Assembly (NCBI GenBank): GCA_963695555.1
Contig: CAVOGR010000007.1
Span: forward strand, 795,216-859,215
Source: an uncultured Gemmatimonadales bacterium
GTDB taxonomy: Bacteria > Gemmatimonadota > Gemmatimonadetes > Gemmatimonadales > GWC2-71-9
Reading direction: 5' to 3'
DNA length: 64,000 bases
Of the stretch, positions 61,026-64,000 are shown in pieces. Numbering within the stretch: the first letter of the stretch is position 1; every line of letters starts with the position of its first letter. A program made the translations under genes and the position numbers. Below the pieces are notes generated by a model. The model was given only the letters and a program-made list of their open reading frames with translations, was not told the origin of the DNA and did not search any database.

Positions 61026-61468
61026 GGCATGCGGGCGAACATCCAGAGCTGGCACTCGTCAGTAGAGCGATCGACGAGTGCGCGCTCACCGGGCCTACGC
61101 AGCTTCCTCAGCGATGCGCAAGACCATCGTTGCGTCGCGTCGGCCCGACGATGCGTGCCCGAGTCGTCTCTAGACCGGCATGCATTGGCTCGTCGGGCTC
61201 GACGGCGACCATCGCTTCCTTCGGGCACGAGGCCGCTCGCGACGCTGCGTCCAAGCGAGACCGGGAGTCGCTCACGAACTATCGCGGAGCTGCGATCGGC
61301 GTCACTGCTGGGGAGTCGCCAGATCAGGCCGAGTGCCGAGGCTCGCGGTGGCAGCGACGTCGTCTGACAGGGGACTCGAGTAGCGTCATCGTTCATCGGC
61401 GTCCGAGACATCGAGGTGCAGTTCATTCGACGAGCAGCGCCATCTGGACAGTGCGAGGACATCGAGCC

Positions 61469-61575
61469 GCCTAACCACCGCGTGCAGTGGCCGGGCCTTG
61501 CCGGGTTCAAAGGAAGTCATTGATTTGTGAGAGGGCGGGCGAGATGGCCCGCCACTGACGCGGGATTCGTTAGGC
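61469..61575 (+). repeat. attC site 6 (107 bp)
   Basis: GCCTAAC...GTTAGGC. Confidence 0.93.
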
Positions 61576-62093
61576 GGCTCGATCTAGGTTCCAGCCCAAT
61601 TCCACTGCTGGAGGCCTCGTGCACCGTGTCAGCAGTCTCCTTCACCAATGGCAGATGTCGCTGCTGTCTGACGCCAACCTGTACCGGACGCCTACCCACG
61701 TTGTCGCCTGGTAAGCGCTCGAACCCGGGCGCTCGCGACAAGGCCAAGCCACGAGCGAGGCTCGCTCATTCCTCACGAGGACCATAGCCACGGTTTAAGG
61801 CTCGGGGGCGTGCGTCTTGCAGGTCGGTTATCGAGCTGACAGTCCGAGTGATCGCTCGCTCGAAGATCAGCATCGGGGAGGTCAGTGCGTTCAGGAGCTC
61901 TACGGGCTCCGCGACGCCGGATCGGCAGCGACTCGTACACGTACAGGCCCGATTGACTTACTGCGTGAATGGTCCAGAAGCTGGGACGTCTGGGAACGCA
62001 AGACGAGATTGGCATCGCGGGCGCGCGAACGGCAAATGGACCGCGGACATCGGGAACCAATCACAGGCACGCTCGGTGAATCGCCAAGGAGCC

Positions 62094-62200
62094 GTCTAAC
62101 CACCGCGTGCAGTGGCCGGGCCTTGCTGGTTTCAACGGAAGTCGTTGATTTGTGAGTGGGCGGGCTTGCTGGCCCGCCACTGACGCGGGATTCGTTAGGC
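62094..62200 (+). repeat. attC site 7 (107 bp)
   Basis: GTCTAAC...GTTAGGC. Confidence 0.93.
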
Positions 62201-62391
62201 AGTCTAGGCCTTCACGTCTTCGCAGCTCCGTTCCAGTTCCAACTCCTCAACGGACTATGTGGTTGTTCGTCTCTGTCGGTCGGCTCCTTGGGGCCAGCGG
62301 GTCCGCTCCGGGTTCGCGCCGGTGGGTTAGGGTTTTCCCTAGTGCTCCGAGCAGTCCCGGAGCCGACCGGGCCGAGGTCGTGCGGCCGGGG

Positions 62392-62498
62392 CCCTAACGC
62401 CGTGTGCAGCTGACGGGCGGGCGCTTGTGTTTTGAAGGAAGTCGTTGAATTGTGTGAGCGGCGGGCATAGAGCCCGCAGCTACACGGATTCGTTAGGC
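62392..62498 (+). repeat. attC site 8 (107 bp, variant arms)
   Basis: CCCTAAC...GTTAGGC; arms CAGCTG/CAGCT replace CAGTGG/CCACTG. Confidence 0.85.
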
Positions 62499-62683
62499 GG
62501 CCAAGGCCTTGGTTGGTTTAGGCAGCTGCGGGGTCATGCCTGGATTGCGGTCAAGTGGGGACGGGAACCATGGGTTGGCCGCATGACCAACCACGGACGG
62601 GGCTTGGTGCACGCGAACTGGGGACCCCACCGCTCTCCCGAAACAATACACAGGGACGTAGATGGGCTGGGGAAGCTTTTAGC

Positions 62684-62801
62684 CTCCAACCACCGCGTGC
62701 AGGCTGGCCGGGCCTTGCTGGTTCTTGAGAGGAAGGTCGGGTTGATTAATGGAATGGGCGGCCCGAGATGTGCCCGCCACTGACCAGGGATTTCGTTAGA
62801 C
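62684..62801 (+). repeat. attC site 9 (118 bp, degenerate or error-rich)
   Basis: CTCCAAC...GTTAGAC; several small insertions relative to consensus. Confidence 0.8.
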
Positions 62802-63595
62802 GGCGGGGAATTTGGATTGTTCTGGGTAGTGGATGGCACTTGCATGCACTTGGAGGTTTCGGTGAACCGCATGGGGGCGAATCTCGGGCGTCTCAGCTCT
62901 TCTATGCAGCGTTATCGGCTGTGGGGACTCAGATGTCGGACCGCCTCATTTCAGTTGGATACACCACCGGAGGTAGTGAGCCAGCGAGTTCACATTTGAC
63001 ACGTTGGCCCGCACTGCGCACATTCGTGCTGCAAGCTCCAAGACCCCCGATGGCCCGGTGGAACGTTGACTGCAAATTCGGGTTTCGAGGGCACTGGGGC
63101 TAATTCCGGTCAGCAATTGTGGAGTCGTTTGCCGATCTAAGATGGCGAGGCACTGTTACCCAATGCCTACTCACGCAGAGTGATACCACAGTTGAGCATT
63201 GGACCGCAGCGAGATTTCGACTGCCCAGTGGTTCGATCATCCTCCTGAGCCTTCTCTGAGCATCCCAGCGACCGCTCTGATCGCCGGTTACCCCCAGCCA
63301 CGTTTTAACGTTACTGCACAGGATGATTGGGGAATTGACGTATACTGGTTGAGCATAGCACCGGGGAACGTATCTCGAGTTGCACGCTGAACTGGACGCG
63401 CATTACGACGCGCAAATCGCAGAAGCGCATCGCCCTGGCCTTGGTTCCATTCGATTGACGTTGTATCTCCCCGGGCCAGGGGGTTCACTTGCATTGTGGG
63501 TTCGCGGTGAGAGATGATTTTGGTCACAATGGTAGGAGTAGGCGGCGAGCTCACAGTCGGCCCCTGACGTGTATCGGGCATGTTTGGCTGCCGCC

Positions 63596-63702
63596 GTCTA
63601 ACCACCGCGTGCAGTGGCCGGGCCTTGCTGGCACTCAAGGAAGTCGTTGATTAGTGCACAGGCGGGCGAGACGGCCCGCCACTGACGCGGGATTCGTTAG
63701 AC
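63596..63702 (+). repeat. attC site 10 (107 bp)
   Basis: GTCTAAC...GTTAGAC. Confidence 0.93.
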
Positions 63703-63714
63703 AGCGCCAAAGAA

Positions 63715-64000
63715 ATGGCAATGGAACCCGACGCTCCTCGCCTGCGAGCCTACCTGCGACGTGCTGTGAACAGGCCAGTGCTCATCATGCCGCGGCAGGA
63801 TTGGAACCAACTCGGCCTCCAGCCAGGCGGACAATTGGTGCCCGTGGACCTGGCTACAACGCCGATGTCGAAGGTCAGTAGCGATGCATCCATTCTCGGA
63901 GCCGTTGCACAGCAGTTCTCAAATGCCACTGCAGAGGTCATGATCTACAGGGATGACCCCAACGATGCGCCCAAGCGCGTGAATGCAGATCCATACCTTG
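63715..64000 (+). CDS. Cassette 11: hypothetical protein (3'-truncated by window edge)
   Basis: ATG 12 nt after the attC10 core; frame MAMEPDAPRLRAYLRRAVNRPVLIMPRQDW... stays open to the window end. Confidence 0.6.
   Translation, partial: MAMEPDAPRLRAYLRRAVNRPVLIMPRQDWNQLGLQPGGQLVPVDLATTPMSKVSSDASILGAVAQQFSNATAEVMIYRDDPNDAPKRVNADPYL

Larger units (their letters stand above)
57359..64000 (+). mobile_element. Chromosomal integron: intI, putative attI and at least 11 gene cassettes (array runs off the window)
   Basis: Integrase followed by 10 related attC sites separated by unrelated inserts of about 0.2-0.8 kb. Confidence 0.95.

Noticed and set aside
58729..63702. Repeat-spacer pattern read as a CRISPR array or REP/BIME cluster
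   Set aside because: Repeats are ~107 bp with YYYAAC/GTTRRRY ends, spacers are 0.2-0.8 kb and some contain genes, there are no cas genes, and an integron integrase is adjacent. These are attC sites.
1..64000. tRNA, rRNA, IS transposases, prophage genes, toxin-antitoxin cassettes
   Set aside because: None recognised by eye. A covariance or HMM search would be needed to exclude small RNAs and divergent TA genes.

Overview
GC-rich bacterial chromosome segment. Gene content and protein style suggest Gemmatimonadota (inference; no rRNA marker in the window). Positions 1-57,100 are mostly housekeeping and accessory genes: rnhA, a leuB-like dehydrogenase, thiolase, thyA-folA, EF-G2, udk, msrA, galK, LPS enzymes and transporters. 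Two regions stand out. (1) From 57.36 kb to the window end is a chromosomal integron. Its integrase is transcribed TOWARD its cassette array (reverse architecture). It is followed by a putative attI and 10 closely related attC sites (mostly 107 bp) delimiting 11 cassettes, about half without a credible gene. The attC family has a conserved loop with an SD-like motif and start codon, plus a competing internal hairpin. (2) At 14.38-17.77 kb is a candidate sigma54-driven locus: enhancer palindrome, -24/-12 promoter, an unannotated 35-codon peptide ORF, a sigma54 activator, a ZU5-like lipoprotein and a TPR protein, possibly an undescribed peptide-signalling module. Other points are a probable non-AUG start for folA, a phosphatase plus kinase-like/Omp85 pair, and a putative metal-sensing leader peptide. 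Several genes beyond 47 kb, including intI, carry single-base insertions that look like long-read errors, so frame-dependent conclusions there are provisional.
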